This document shows positions 1-10,172 of a DNA stretch of 50,951 nucleotides, piece by piece. A program made the position numbers and the translations under genes. The DNA is from Rickettsiales bacterium (GTDB taxonomy: Bacteria; Pseudomonadota; Alphaproteobacteria; Rickettsiales; JABIRX01). Positions within the stretch are counted from its first letter, which is position 1. Each line of letters begins with the position of its first letter. The stretch lies in the NCBI GenBank assembly GCA_038120515.1, contig JAYOLW010000008.1, forward strand, positions 15,908 to 66,858, given 5' to 3'. Below the pieces are notes generated by a model, which saw only the letters and a list, made by a program, of their open reading frames with translations, was not told the origin of the DNA and ran no database searches.

Positions 1-101
1 TGATGAATTCTCTCAAAAAAGCATTGATGTTTTTCTAAAATCACTAGCTCAAATCTATTACTAATAATTTTTGTACAATCTTCAACAGTAACTCTAGCCA
101 T
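1..101 (-). CDS. rpoZ: RNA polymerase omega subunit, 5' part only (runs off the window; sequence departs from the family after about codon 22)
   Basis: Manual translation of the minus strand from ATG at 101 gives MARVTVEDCTKIISNRFELVIL, the hallmark RpoZ N-terminus. It continues EKHQCFFERIH instead of the usual AAxRAR. Not in the ORF track. Confidence 0.75.
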   Translation of the reverse strand, partial: MARVTVEDCTKIISNRFELVILEKHQCFFERIH

Positions 102-204
102 GACAAAATTAAAAACGTTAAATTATATGGAAATAAAAAAATGCTTTAAAACTTCCAAATCCAATCTATATAAATATTTATTAAAAACTTTCAAGTAAAT
201 TCTT

Positions 205-384
205 ATGCTCGCTACAATTACTATTACTGCAATAATCCTAACATTCCTTGTCATGATTGTAGGGACTTTTGCAATGATTAAAGGTGGCGATTTTAACAAA
301 AAATACTCAAATATATTAATGCGTACAAGAGTTGCAATGCAAGCTTTGTCAATTGTTTTACTTTTTATGCTGTATATTTCATAA
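205..384 (+). CDS. HIG1-family twin transmembrane helix small protein (59 aa)
   Basis: Manual translation: MLATITITAIILTFLVMIVGTFAMIKGGDFNKKYSNILMRTRVAMQALSIVLLFMLYIS*. Two hydrophobic helices around the SN-x-LMR-x-RV-xx-Q motif. Stop lies 3 nt before aroK. Below the ORF-track cutoff. Confidence 0.85.
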   Translation: MLATITITAIILTFLVMIVGTFAMIKGGDFNKKYSNILMRTRVAMQALSIVLLFMLYIS

Positions 385-387
385 TTT

Positions 388-918
388 ATGACTCAAACTT
401 TTTTAAAACCTATCGCATTAATTGGCCTTTCTGGGACTGGAAAATCTACCATTGGTTCATTTTTAGCCAATAAGCTAGGACTAGATTTCCTTGATACTGA
501 CACCATAATAGAAACAGACTTAAATCAGACCATTTCTGAAATTTTTAAAAATTATGGTGAGGTGTTTTTTCGTGATCAAGAAACAAAAACCTTACAAAAA
601 ATTGCTAATATAAAAAACTGCTTCATTCTATCAACAGGCGGAGGAATTATTACTAACTCTGCTAACTTAGAATTATTATTAGATAAATTTTTTGTTGTTA
701 AAATATATTGTGACCTGGATATTTTGCATGACAGGATCAAAGATGACACAGCGCGACCATTAACTCAAAATAACAGCTTTGAAAAAATAAATACTTTATT
801 TAAACAAAGAGAAGCTTTATATAACAAAGCCCATATCAGTATTGACTCAAGCTCGGGTGATATTGAAAAAATTTCAAATAATTTAATACAAAAACTAATT
901 CAATTAAATGAAAGCTGA
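388..918 (+). CDS. aroK: Shikimate kinase
   Basis: Walker A GLSGTGKST, DTD, GEVFFRDQE, STGGG and RPL motifs; overlaps aroB. Confidence 0.95.
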   Translation: MTQTFLKPIALIGLSGTGKSTIGSFLANKLGLDFLDTDTIIETDLNQTISEIFKNYGEVFFRDQETKTLQKIANIKNCFILSTGGGIITNSANLELLLDKFFVVKIYCDLDILHDRIKDDTARPLTQNNSFEKINTLFKQREALYNKAHISIDSSSGDIEKISNNLIQKLIQLNES

Positions 919-2017
919 AAAAATAAATTTGGATCTTGGCGAATCATCATATGATATAATTATCGAACATGGCCTTCTTGAAAAAGCTTCAAGCTACATT
1001 AGCAAAGTTACAAAAAGCAAAAAAATAATTATTATAACCGATACAACAATTGCAAAACATTATTTATACCCGTTAATAAATAATCTTAAATATGATAATT
1101 TTAATGTTGAACATATTATCATCAATCCTGGCGAACTTCAAAAGTCTTTTGTCTCTCTCACTAGATTATGCAACAATATTTTGAAATTAGTTCCAGATAG
1201 ATCAACCACATTAATTGCACTTGGTGGCGGAGTAATTGGTGATCTAGTTGGCTTTACAGCAAGCATCATTCTAAGAGGAATAAATTTCATTCAAATACCT
1301 ACTACTTTATTATCTCAAGTTGATAGCTCAGTTGGTGGAAAAACTGGTATTAACACAAATTATGGTAAAAACCTTATTGGCACCTTCTATCAACCTAAAT
1401 TAGTTTTAATTGATACAAAAACTTTAAACACACTTTCAGAACGTGAATTTAATTCTGGTTACGCTGAAATTTTAAAATATGCTCTTATTAATAATCCAGA
1501 ATTCTTTGAATTTTTAGATCAAAATAAAAATGCAATAAAAAACAAAGATATAAACATTCTTAAAGAAATAATCAAAACATCATGCAAGACTAAAGCTCAA
1601 ATCGTCAAGGAAGATGAAAAAGAACAAAATGACAAAAGAGCATTATTAAACCTAGGTCATACATTTGGACATGGGCTTGAATACAACATTAATTACAACG
1701 ACAAACTAAAACATGGAGAAGCTGTTGCAATAGGAATGGTAATGGCATTTAAATTTTCAGAAGAATTAAAATTATGCCCTAAAAACACTCATAAAAAAAT
1801 CGAAAATCATCTTAGATTTTTTGGTATACCAGCAAATGTCTCAGATATTGATTTTGAATTTGATCCACAAATTCTTCTTAAAGCTATGCTTGCAGACAAA
1901 AAAAATAGCAACGGCAATATAGTTCTAATTTTAGCTAGTGATATTGGCAAATCATATGTTGCAAGAAACATAAACCATAATTCTGTCGAACAATTTTTAA
2001 ACAATCTTTATAACTAA
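908..2017 (+). CDS. aroB: 3-dehydroquinate synthase
   Basis: GGGVIGDL, PTTLLSQVDSSVGGKTG, LNLGHTFGH and HGEAVAIGM motifs. Confidence 0.97.
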   Translation: MKAEKINLDLGESSYDIIIEHGLLEKASSYISKVTKSKKIIIITDTTIAKHYLYPLINNLKYDNFNVEHIIINPGELQKSFVSLTRLCNNILKLVPDRSTTLIALGGGVIGDLVGFTASIILRGINFIQIPTTLLSQVDSSVGGKTGINTNYGKNLIGTFYQPKLVLIDTKTLNTLSEREFNSGYAEILKYALINNPEFFEFLDQNKNAIKNKDINILKEIIKTSCKTKAQIVKEDEKEQNDKRALLNLGHTFGHGLEYNINYNDKLKHGEAVAIGMVMAFKFSEELKLCPKNTHKKIENHLRFFGIPANVSDIDFEFDPQILLKAMLADKKNSNGNIVLILASDIGKSYVARNINHNSVEQFLNNLYN

Positions 2018-2019
2018 AA

Positions 2020-3294
2020 ATGGATCTTTACCTCTTATACCCAACCATTATATCCATTATCATTCTAATAATATTATCGGGCTTTTTCTCTTCTTCAGAA
2101 ACTGCTTTAACATCATTATCTAGAGCAAAAATTCATAAATTAAAAAAACAAGGTAATAAAAGAGCTAAATTAGTGAGCGAACTTCGTAAAGATAAAGATT
2201 TACTCATTAGCTCTATTTTAATTGGTAACAATATCGTTAATATCTTAGCATCAGTTTTAACAACAACGTTATTTATTAAAATTTTTAGTGATAGTGCAGT
2301 TGTTTTATCGACTATCACAATGACTTTGCTTTTGGTAATTTTTGCAGAAGTAATGCCAAAATCATATGCTATTTATAATGCAGAAAAACTATCTCTAAAA
2401 ATAGCACCTTTGCTAAAATTATTCATGCTAATTTTAAATCCTTTTGCTAAAGTTCTTCAACTATTTACAAAAACAATACTATCGCCTCATCATCATAAAA
2501 GTGAAAAAGAAGATCTAATTTCAGCAATTGAAGAATTAAGAGGAGTAATTGATCTTCATCAAAAAGAAGGTTTAATAATAAAAGAAGACAAAGAAATGCT
2601 AAATTCAGTATTAGACCTTTCTGAAACTGACGTTAATGCGGTTATGACACATAGAAAACATATGCATACAATTAACGCCGATACAGCAAATGATGAAATT
2701 TTAGAACAAATGCTTAAAAGCCCTTATACTAGAATGCCAATATGGCGCAATAATAAAGATAATATCATAGGCATTATCCATGCTAAAGATTTACTAAAGG
2801 CCCAAAGATATTCCACAAAAGAATTCAAAGAATTAGACATTACAAAAATAGCCTCACAACCATGGTTTATTCCTGACTCAACTCCACTTAAGGATCAACT
2901 TTACGCCTTTAGAGAACAAAGAAATCATTTCGCTATTGTCGTCGATGAATATGGAGCAGTTCAAGGAATTATAACACTTGAAGATATTCTTGAAGAGATT
3001 GTTGGCGATATTAAAGATGAACATGACAAAGGCGCTTTAACCTCTTATAAACAAACTGGAGTTAATAGCATTATTGCCGATGGATCAACATCAATAAGAG
3101 ATATTAATAGAGATTCAGATTTTGAACTACCTGAAGATGAAGCCACATCTATTGCAGGCTTGTTAATTAATATAGCCGGTAAGATTCCAGAAAGAGGTGA
3201 AAGCTTTGTAATGAATAATTTTGAACTAAAAGTAATTGAAAAACATAAAACTCAAATAACAAAAATCAGTATCAAAAGAAATATTAACAACTAA
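2020..3294 (+). CDS. HlyC/CorC (CNNM) family transporter with CBS pair and CorC domain
   Basis: N-terminal TM region with SGFFSSSETA, LIGNNIVN and EVMPK; CBS motif VVDEYGAVQGIITLEDILEEIVGDI; typical position after aroB in alphaproteobacteria. Confidence 0.92.
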   Translation: MDLYLLYPTIISIIILIILSGFFSSSETALTSLSRAKIHKLKKQGNKRAKLVSELRKDKDLLISSILIGNNIVNILASVLTTTLFIKIFSDSAVVLSTITMTLLLVIFAEVMPKSYAIYNAEKLSLKIAPLLKLFMLILNPFAKVLQLFTKTILSPHHHKSEKEDLISAIEELRGVIDLHQKEGLIIKEDKEMLNSVLDLSETDVNAVMTHRKHMHTINADTANDEILEQMLKSPYTRMPIWRNNKDNIIGIIHAKDLLKAQRYSTKEFKELDITKIASQPWFIPDSTPLKDQLYAFREQRNHFAIVVDEYGAVQGIITLEDILEEIVGDIKDEHDKGALTSYKQTGVNSIIADGSTSIRDINRDSDFELPEDEATSIAGLLINIAGKIPERGESFVMNNFELKVIEKHKTQITKISIKRNINN

Positions 3295-3309
3295 AATTCT
3301 TTTACTAAT

Positions 3310-4530
3310 TTATGCTATTTTTTTTTTACTATCTAAAGAATCATATTGCTTCAAAGCCTTCAAGCCTGGTAAATCTTTACCCTCAAGCCATGCAAGAAAG
3401 GCTCCTCCTGCTGTAGAGATATAAGTAAAAGCATCTTTTAACCCAGATTGTTTAACAGCAGCTACAACATCGCCACCACCAGCAATAGATGTAAGGTTAC
3501 CTTGACTAGAATATAAGGCAACAAAACGTGCAATTGACTCAGAACTAATATTAAAAGGCTTAAATTCAAAAGCACCAACAGGACCATTCCATAAAACAAG
3601 CTTTGAAGATTGTAGCTTTGTAGCAATATAACTAACAGATTCTGGACCAATATCAAGAATTAAATACTCGTTTGGAATATCACTAATATTAACAACTTTG
3701 ACATTTTTACCATCATTTATATCTTTAGCTATAACAACATCTTTTGGTAAGATTATTTCGCAATTTTGTGCTTCTGCAATTTGCAAAATATCCTTTGCCA
3801 CATCGACATAATCAGCTTCATACATTGATTTTTTAATATCAATATTTTGTGCATGTAGAAATGTATTGGCCATAGCCCCACCAATTACAATAGCATCAGA
3901 TTGACATGCTAAATGCTTTAATAATTCTATTTTAGTTGAAACTTTTGAACCACCAACGATTGACATCATAGGTTTGACAGGAGTTGCTAAATATTGTTCT
4001 AAAGTTGTAATCTCTTCTTCAAGCAATAAACCAGGATAGGATGGTAGAAATTTTGTAATACCATCAATAGAACTATGCGCTCTATGAGAACATGAGAAAC
4101 TATCATTAATGTAAATATCAGCATAACTTGCTAATTCTTTTGAAAACTCAATATCATTTTCAGTTTCTTCTTTGTAAAATCTTAAATTTTCTAATATCAA
4201 TACTTCACCAAACTGCAATTCTGAAACAGCTTCTTGTGCTTTTCGCCCTCTACAATCAACTGAAAACTTAATATTTAAATTAGGTAAAAATTGCTGAATT
4301 TTATCTACAACTGGACCTAAAGAAAAATCAAGGTCAAACACACCCTTTGGTCTACCAAAATGCGAAATTAAAATAACCTTAGTATTTTGATTAATAAGAT
4401 AATTTATAGTTGGTAAAATTCTTTCAATTCTTTCAGTATCAGTAATTTTTCCGTGAACTATTGGAACATTTAAATCAACTCTTACTATTACCGTTTTATT
4501 TGCTAAATCAATTTGCTTAATACTAATCAT
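3310..4530 (-). CDS. pgk: Phosphoglycerate kinase
   Basis: RVDLNVP, SHFGRPKG, LENLRF, GGSKVSTK, WNGPVG and STAGGAFL motifs. Confidence 0.98.
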   Translation of the reverse strand: MISIKQIDLANKTVIVRVDLNVPIVHGKITDTERIERILPTINYLINQNTKVILISHFGRPKGVFDLDFSLGPVVDKIQQFLPNLNIKFSVDCRGRKAQEAVSELQFGEVLILENLRFYKEETENDIEFSKELASYADIYINDSFSCSHRAHSSIDGITKFLPSYPGLLLEEEITTLEQYLATPVKPMMSIVGGSKVSTKIELLKHLACQSDAIVIGGAMANTFLHAQNIDIKKSMYEADYVDVAKDILQIAEAQNCEIILPKDVVIAKDINDGKNVKVVNISDIPNEYLILDIGPESVSYIATKLQSSKLVLWNGPVGAFEFKPFNISSESIARFVALYSSQGNLTSIAGGGDVVAAVKQSGLKDAFTYISTAGGAFLAWLEGKDLPGLKALKQYDSLDSKKKIA

Positions 4531-4540
4531 TAATTTTAAT

Positions 4541-5533
4541 TTACTCAGAGATTAATTTCATAACATCCAACATTCGACAAGCAAATGACCACTCATTATC
4601 ATACCAAGCAGCAACTCTTGCAAAAGTTCCATCAATTACTTTTGTAGCTGTTGCATCAAAAATTGATGATTCATTAGTGTGGTTATAATCAATTGAAACC
4701 AAAGGAAGATCGTTAAATCCCAACATATTAGAACTAGCAGATTTAATAAGTTGATTTATTTCTAATTCAGACATTGTTTTCTCTGTATTAAAAGTAAAAT
4801 CAATCATTGAAACATTTGGAGTTGGAACCCTAATTGCACAACCATCTAGTTTACCCTCAAGATCAGTAATCACTTTACCAATTGCTTTAGCAGCACCAGT
4901 TGAAGTTGGAATCATTGAAAGCGCTGCCGCTCTCGCTCTTCTTAAATCTTTGTGGTTAGCATCAGCAATATTCTGATCATTTGTATAAGCATGAACAGTT
5001 GTTACATAGCCTCTAGTAATTTTATAATTATCATGCAACACCTTAACAATAGGAGCTAAGCAATTGGTTGTACAAGAACCAATAGAAATAATATTGTCAC
5101 TATCATTTAATAAATTATCATTAACTTTATAAATTATAGTTTTGATATCATCACTTTTTGCAGGAGCAGAAATTATAACCTTCTTAGCACCAGAATTAAT
5201 ATGTTTTTGACAACCTTCTCTTGTATTAAAAAAACCCGTACATTCCAAAACAACATCTACACCTAATTCAGACCAAGGTAAATTTTCAGGATTACGCTCA
5301 TGTAATGATTTTATTCTAGCACCATTTATAACAAAATGATCTTCATCAATTTTACAATCACCATTAAAACGACCATGTACAGAATCATATTTAAATAAAT
5401 GTAGATCTTTTTCAATTGATCCCATGCCATTAATTGCTACTAATTCAAGGCCTTGATAATTATTCTCAAATAATGATCTAGCAACTGCCCTACCTATTCT
5501 TCCAAAACCATTAATAGCAAATTTTATAGTCAT
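4541..5533 (-). CDS. gap: Type I glyceraldehyde-3-phosphate dehydrogenase
   Basis: INGFGRIGR, catalytic SCTTNCLAP, TSTGAAKA and WYDNEW. Confidence 0.98.
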   Translation of the reverse strand: MTIKFAINGFGRIGRAVARSLFENNYQGLELVAINGMGSIEKDLHLFKYDSVHGRFNGDCKIDEDHFVINGARIKSLHERNPENLPWSELGVDVVLECTGFFNTREGCQKHINSGAKKVIISAPAKSDDIKTIIYKVNDNLLNDSDNIISIGSCTTNCLAPIVKVLHDNYKITRGYVTTVHAYTNDQNIADANHKDLRRARAAALSMIPTSTGAAKAIGKVITDLEGKLDGCAIRVPTPNVSMIDFTFNTEKTMSELEINQLIKSASSNMLGFNDLPLVSIDYNHTNESSIFDATATKVIDGTFARVAAWYDNEWSFACRMLDVMKLISE

Positions 5534-5550
5534 TTCTCCAGTGTAAAAAA

Positions 5551-6009
5551 TTAATTAGTCCTTTCTATATAATATTTATATGCATCAGCAAAACCATTCA
5601 AAGAAACATTTGTTTTTAATTGGTTTGTTACATCTATAAGTAATTTTTGTCCTTTTGACATCTGTACTGATAACGATTTTCTGTCTATCTGCTTAAAAAA
5701 TGATGAAATACCAGTATTCATTGAAGACTCAACTGGATCATGATTATCAACAGTTAAAACTACACCATCACTAAGCAAAAGTTCATTATGAGAAAAAGCT
5801 AAATAATATTTAGTAAAAATTATTGCACCACCACCAAGATCATCTTCAAATTGAGTACCCAGAAAACAATCACCTTTTAAATCAGTTGAGTTTTGCAATT
5901 TACATGAAACTAACCATTCACCAAAAGCTTTATTATTTTCAACATAAGCATAGGATTTACTTAGTAACAAAACAAAAATAACAGCAATTTTAATTAAACA
6001 ATTAGTCAT
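5551..6009 (-). CDS. Secreted invasion-associated locus B (IalB)-like protein
   Basis: Signal peptide ending SYA; FGEWLVSC...C near the N-terminus; C-terminal M-x-KG...VSLNGFADAY typical of the IalB family. Confidence 0.65.
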   Translation of the reverse strand: MTNCLIKIAVIFVLLLSKSYAYVENNKAFGEWLVSCKLQNSTDLKGDCFLGTQFEDDLGGGAIIFTKYYLAFSHNELLLSDGVVLTVDNHDPVESSMNTGISSFFKQIDRKSLSVQMSKGQKLLIDVTNQLKTNVSLNGFADAYKYYIERTN

Positions 6010-7969
6010 TTAATACCTCACTTATTTGATTAGCAATATTTGAAACAGTCAAACCAAAGTGATCATAAACATATTCAGCTTCAGCAGATATACCAAAAGT
6101 TTCAACACCAAAAAACTTACCCTTGCGACCAATAATTTTATACCAACTCATAGATATTCCAGCCTCAATAGCAAATATCGGTACATCTTTACCTAATAAA
6201 GCTTCTTTATATTCATCAGATTGTTGCTCAAATAACTCAACACAAGGCATCGAAACCAATCGAATCTTTTTGTCCTTCAATTCGTTGCAAACTTTATCTG
6301 CCAAACCAAGCTCAGAACCTGTAGCTATTATAATTGCATCTGGTTTTGAGTGATCCCTAATAACATAGCCACCTTTCTTAACCTGATTTTCAGTCGAATA
6401 ATCTCTTTCGGTAAAATCGGTTTTTTGCCTTGTAAGACAAATTAAACTTGGACCAGTTTTGTTTTCAAGCGCACATTGCCAAGATTCAAGAGTTTCAACT
6501 ATATCACATGGTCTAAAAACATTTAAATTTGGAATTGCTCTAAGTGATGCAATATGCTCAATTGGCTGATGTGTAGGACCATCAGAACCAAGACCTATTG
6601 AATCATGAGTCATAATGTAAATAACCTGTTGTTGCATCAATGCTGACAATCTAATAGCAGGACGACAATAATCAGTAAAAACCAAGAATGTTCCACCAAA
6701 AGGAATCATACCACCATGAAGTGTCATGCCATTCATTATTGCAGACATTCCAAATTCTCTAATACCATAATAAATATAATTACCTAATGCATCATCTGGT
6801 GTAATAGGTTTCATATTTGAAGATTTAGTATTATTAGAGCCTGTAAGATCAGCAGAACCACCAACTAGATTTGGAATCTTGTCACTTAAAAACTCAATAA
6901 CTTTACCAGAAGCTTGTCTTGTCGCCATAACTGGCTTGTCAGCAAATAATGATTTTTTAAAAGTTACTAACTCCTCTTGTATCTCATTATAAAAATTATT
7001 ATCGATATATTTAGTTAAGCTTTTACCCTCTGGATTGTTTTGAAATTCTTTATTCCATCTATAATATTCAGGTAAGTTTCTGTCAATTATTGAACGCCAT
7101 CTATCAAGATCCTCAGAAGAAACAAAAAACTCTTTCTCACTAATACCTAATTTTTCTTTAGTTTTTAAAACTTCATCAGCACCTAAGGGAGCACCGTGAG
7201 ATGCCGAAGTTCCAGCCTTATTTGGTGAACCAAACGCTATTTGAGTTTTGCAAGCAATTAATGTTGGTTTATCTGAAAGCTTCGCCTTGGTAATGGCATT
7301 ATCAATTTGATGAAAATCATGACCATCAACAGACATTACATTCCAATTAGATGACTCGAATCTTTTAAGTTGATCATCGGTACATGAAATATCTACAGAT
7401 CCATCAATAGTAATACCATTATCATCAAATAAAATAATTAACTTATTTAATTTATGATGACCAGCAAATGAAATAGCTTCATGAGAAATACCTTCCATCA
7501 AACAACCATCACCAACAATAGCATAAGTATGATGATTAATTAAACCTTTTCCAAATTTCGCAGCAAAAATTTTCTCTGCTAGCGCCATACCAACTGCATT
7601 AGCAAAACCTTGACCAAGAGGTCCAGTAGTAGTTTCAACACCTTTTAACAATTCTACTTCAGGATGACCAGCAGTTTTAGAATGAAGTTGTCTAAAATTT
7701 TTAATATCATCAAGAGTTATATCTTTATAGCCAGTTAGATATAACAAAGAATATATAAGCATAGAACCATGACCTGTAGACAAAACAAATCGATCACGAT
7801 CAAACCAATCAGGGTCTTTAGGATTAAATTTTAAATGATTATGGAACAAAACAGTTGCAACATCAGCCATTCCCATAGGCATACCTGGATGACCAGAAGC
7901 AGCTTTCTCAACAGCATCAATTGTTAAACCTCTAATGTTATTGGCAAGCGATTTTAAATTTAAAGACAC
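6002..7969 (-). CDS. tkt: Transketolase (GTG start)
   Basis: SGHPGMPMG, GHGSML, TTGPLGQG, GDGCLMEG and THDSIGLGSDGPTHQP. Confidence 0.98.
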   Translation of the reverse strand: MSLNLKSLANNIRGLTIDAVEKAASGHPGMPMGMADVATVLFHNHLKFNPKDPDWFDRDRFVLSTGHGSMLIYSLLYLTGYKDITLDDIKNFRQLHSKTAGHPEVELLKGVETTTGPLGQGFANAVGMALAEKIFAAKFGKGLINHHTYAIVGDGCLMEGISHEAISFAGHHKLNKLIILFDDNGITIDGSVDISCTDDQLKRFESSNWNVMSVDGHDFHQIDNAITKAKLSDKPTLIACKTQIAFGSPNKAGTSASHGAPLGADEVLKTKEKLGISEKEFFVSSEDLDRWRSIIDRNLPEYYRWNKEFQNNPEGKSLTKYIDNNFYNEIQEELVTFKKSLFADKPVMATRQASGKVIEFLSDKIPNLVGGSADLTGSNNTKSSNMKPITPDDALGNYIYYGIREFGMSAIMNGMTLHGGMIPFGGTFLVFTDYCRPAIRLSALMQQQVIYIMTHDSIGLGSDGPTHQPIEHIASLRAIPNLNVFRPCDIVETLESWQCALENKTGPSLICLTRQKTDFTERDYSTENQVKKGGYVIRDHSKPDAIIIATGSELGLADKVCNELKDKKIRLVSMPCVELFEQQSDEYKEALLGKDVPIFAIEAGISMSWYKIIGRKGKFFGVETFGISAEAEYVYDHFGLTVSNIANQISEVLND

Positions 7970-8130
7970 CTAAAATATGAAAAAATTTTGTAAAAAAGTG
8001 GTGATTGGTATAACAATGTTCAAAAAAAAGTCAATTTTCCTTTTTTTAAATTTTAGCAAAAAATTTTAAAGATAAAATTCCTAGATTTTTGAAATTTTTT
8101 TCCTATAAATGCCATGTTTTATAAGATTCA

Positions 8131-9042
8131 ATGGAAATTTATTTACCAATTGCTGATATTCCCATTAATATTTTTTCACTTCTGTTTATTGGCCTAACAG
8201 GTGGAATATTATCTGGCGTTTTTGGAATTGGTGGAGGTTTTATAGCTACTCCATTATTAATATTTCTTGGTGTTACACCACCAGTTGCCGTTGCATCATC
8301 AGCAAATCAAATAATAGCTTCATCATTTTCTGCATTTACATCCCATTACAAAAAAAAGAATATTGATTTTCACATGGGCACTATATTTATTTTAGGTGGA
8401 TTAGCCGGTTCATCTGTTGGCGTATGGTTATTCAGCTATTTAAAACAATATGGCCAAATCGATTTAGTCATTTCACTTTGCTATATTGTAATACTTGGCT
8501 TTATTGGTATATCTATGGCAGTTGAAAGCTTTTCAAACTTTACCAAAACAAACAAAAATCATGACTCAAAATTTTCAAAAAACAAACAAGCCTTTTTTGA
8601 TAAATTACCATATAAAATTTATTTCGAAAAATCAGAACTTGAGATAAGCATTTTAGTTCCAGTCTTAACAAGCTTTTTCTCTGGAATTCTGGTCTCACTA
8701 ATGGGAATTGGCGGCGGTTTTTTAATTGTTCCAGCATTAATTTATATAATCGGCATGCCGGCATCAATTGTTATTGGCACATCATTATTTCAAGTTATAT
8801 TCATTACTGCAAATGTTACATTTTTACATGCGGTCACTACTCATTCAGTTGATATAGTACTTGCAACAATTTTGTTCAGTGCATCAGTAATTGGGGCACA
8901 ACTTGGCATTCGTATTGGCTCAGTCATAAAAGCTGAAAAACTAAGGTTATTTCTTGCTTTAATAATTTTAGCTGTTGTTTCAAAATTAGTTATGGGATTT
9001 GTAATTGAACCATCCAATCCTTTTTCAACATCCATGTATTAA
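8131..9042 (+). CDS. TauE/SafE (sulfite exporter-like) membrane protein
   Basis: MEIYLPIA start, two repeated GIGGGF motifs, multiple TM helices; conserved alphaproteobacterial pairing with the next gene. Confidence 0.9.
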   Translation: MEIYLPIADIPINIFSLLFIGLTGGILSGVFGIGGGFIATPLLIFLGVTPPVAVASSANQIIASSFSAFTSHYKKKNIDFHMGTIFILGGLAGSSVGVWLFSYLKQYGQIDLVISLCYIVILGFIGISMAVESFSNFTKTNKNHDSKFSKNKQAFFDKLPYKIYFEKSELEISILVPVLTSFFSGILVSLMGIGGGFLIVPALIYIIGMPASIVIGTSLFQVIFITANVTFLHAVTTHSVDIVLATILFSASVIGAQLGIRIGSVIKAEKLRLFLALIILAVVSKLVMGFVIEPSNPFSTSMY

Positions 9043-9046
9043 AAAA

Positions 9047-9805
9047 ATGATAAAAACCACCAATTTAATACATAGCCTTAAATATATTTTACTAATATTT
9101 TGGTTTTTTGGACAATCAGCTTTTGCAAATCAAGCTATATTTACAGCAATTTCTGAAGACAAAATAGATATATCCGCAAATTTCAAAGGCAAAAACATCT
9201 TATTATTCGGGGCCAAAGATGTTGCTGGACAAATATTTATTGTGGTCAGAGGACCTGAAAAAACATTTACCACCAGAAAAAAAGAAAAAATATTTGGTTT
9301 TTGGGTTGAGAGAAAATTTATTGAATTTACCAACCTACCCAATTTTTATCAAATTAAAAGCAATGACAGCATCGAAACAATAGGTAATGAGAATTTACTA
9401 AAAAATTTAGAAATTGGACTTGAAAATCTTTCATATCAATATGGTGGTAACGCATCAATTGATCAAACTAACCAATATCGTAACGCCTTAATGGAGTCGC
9501 AATTTAAGAACAAACTATTTTCGCAGAATTTTGGCCCTATAACTTATCTTAATAACACTTTCTTCAAGACTGAGATTTTCTTCCCAAAAACTATCCAAGA
9601 AGGACTCTATACCATTGAAACATATTTAATTGATAACGATAAAATCAAAGCCCTACAAGTTCATAGAGTGCATGCTCGCAAAGTTGGCTTTGAATCTTTT
9701 ATTCACAAACTCGCAATCGAGAACTCAGTTATATATGGATTAATAGCAATTTTCTTAGCTATATTCTTTGGATGGTTTTCTAGTCAAATATTCTGGAAAC
9801 CTTAA
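9047..9805 (+). CDS. TIGR02186-like conserved alphaproteobacterial membrane-anchored protein
   Basis: I-x-I-xx-NF-x-G-xx-ILLFGA, VVRGP, RKKEKIFGFWV, G-x-Y and a C-terminal TM. ATG at 9047 preferred over the TTG at 9005, which lies inside the upstream gene. Confidence 0.82.
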   Translation: MIKTTNLIHSLKYILLIFWFFGQSAFANQAIFTAISEDKIDISANFKGKNILLFGAKDVAGQIFIVVRGPEKTFTTRKKEKIFGFWVERKFIEFTNLPNFYQIKSNDSIETIGNENLLKNLEIGLENLSYQYGGNASIDQTNQYRNALMESQFKNKLFSQNFGPITYLNNTFFKTEIFFPKTIQEGLYTIETYLIDNDKIKALQVHRVHARKVGFESFIHKLAIENSVIYGLIAIFLAIFFGWFSSQIFWKP

Positions 9806-9810
9806 ATCAT

Positions 9811-10167
9811 TTAAGACCAAAGCTCTTCTAAGTTAAACTCGTCTCTTGCCTCTGGTAAAAACAAATGAACAATAATGTCCAAACAATCAATCAGCACCCA
9901 ATTACCAGAAGCTAAACCCTCGCAATGATATTTTGTGTCTAAATCTGAATGCTTAATATCAAATACAACTTTATCCGCCAAAGAAGATATATGTCTTGAT
10001 GAAGTACCTGATGCTATTATCATATAATGACATAAATCAGTAGAATCCGATACATCCAAAATTGAAATTTCATCAGCTTTACCATCTTCTAACGTTTTAT
10101 TGATAAGATTTTTTAGACTTTCTAAATAATCGTTATTATCCACTGATAATTTATTTTTATCACTCAT
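9811..10167 (-). CDS. rsfS: Ribosome silencing factor
   Basis: LEDGKADEI, IIASGTSSRH, WVLIDCLDIIVHLF and RDEFNLEELW. Confidence 0.95.
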   Translation of the reverse strand: MSDKNKLSVDNNDYLESLKNLINKTLEDGKADEISILDVSDSTDLCHYMIIASGTSSRHISSLADKVVFDIKHSDLDTKYHCEGLASGNWVLIDCLDIIVHLFLPEARDEFNLEELWS

Positions 10168-10172
10168 AATTC

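Noticed and set aside
2-64. + strand open frame DEFSQKSIDVFLKSLAQIYY*
   Set aside because: It overlaps the clearly recognisable rpoZ on the opposite strand and is too short to call; mentioned only under the rpoZ junction finding.
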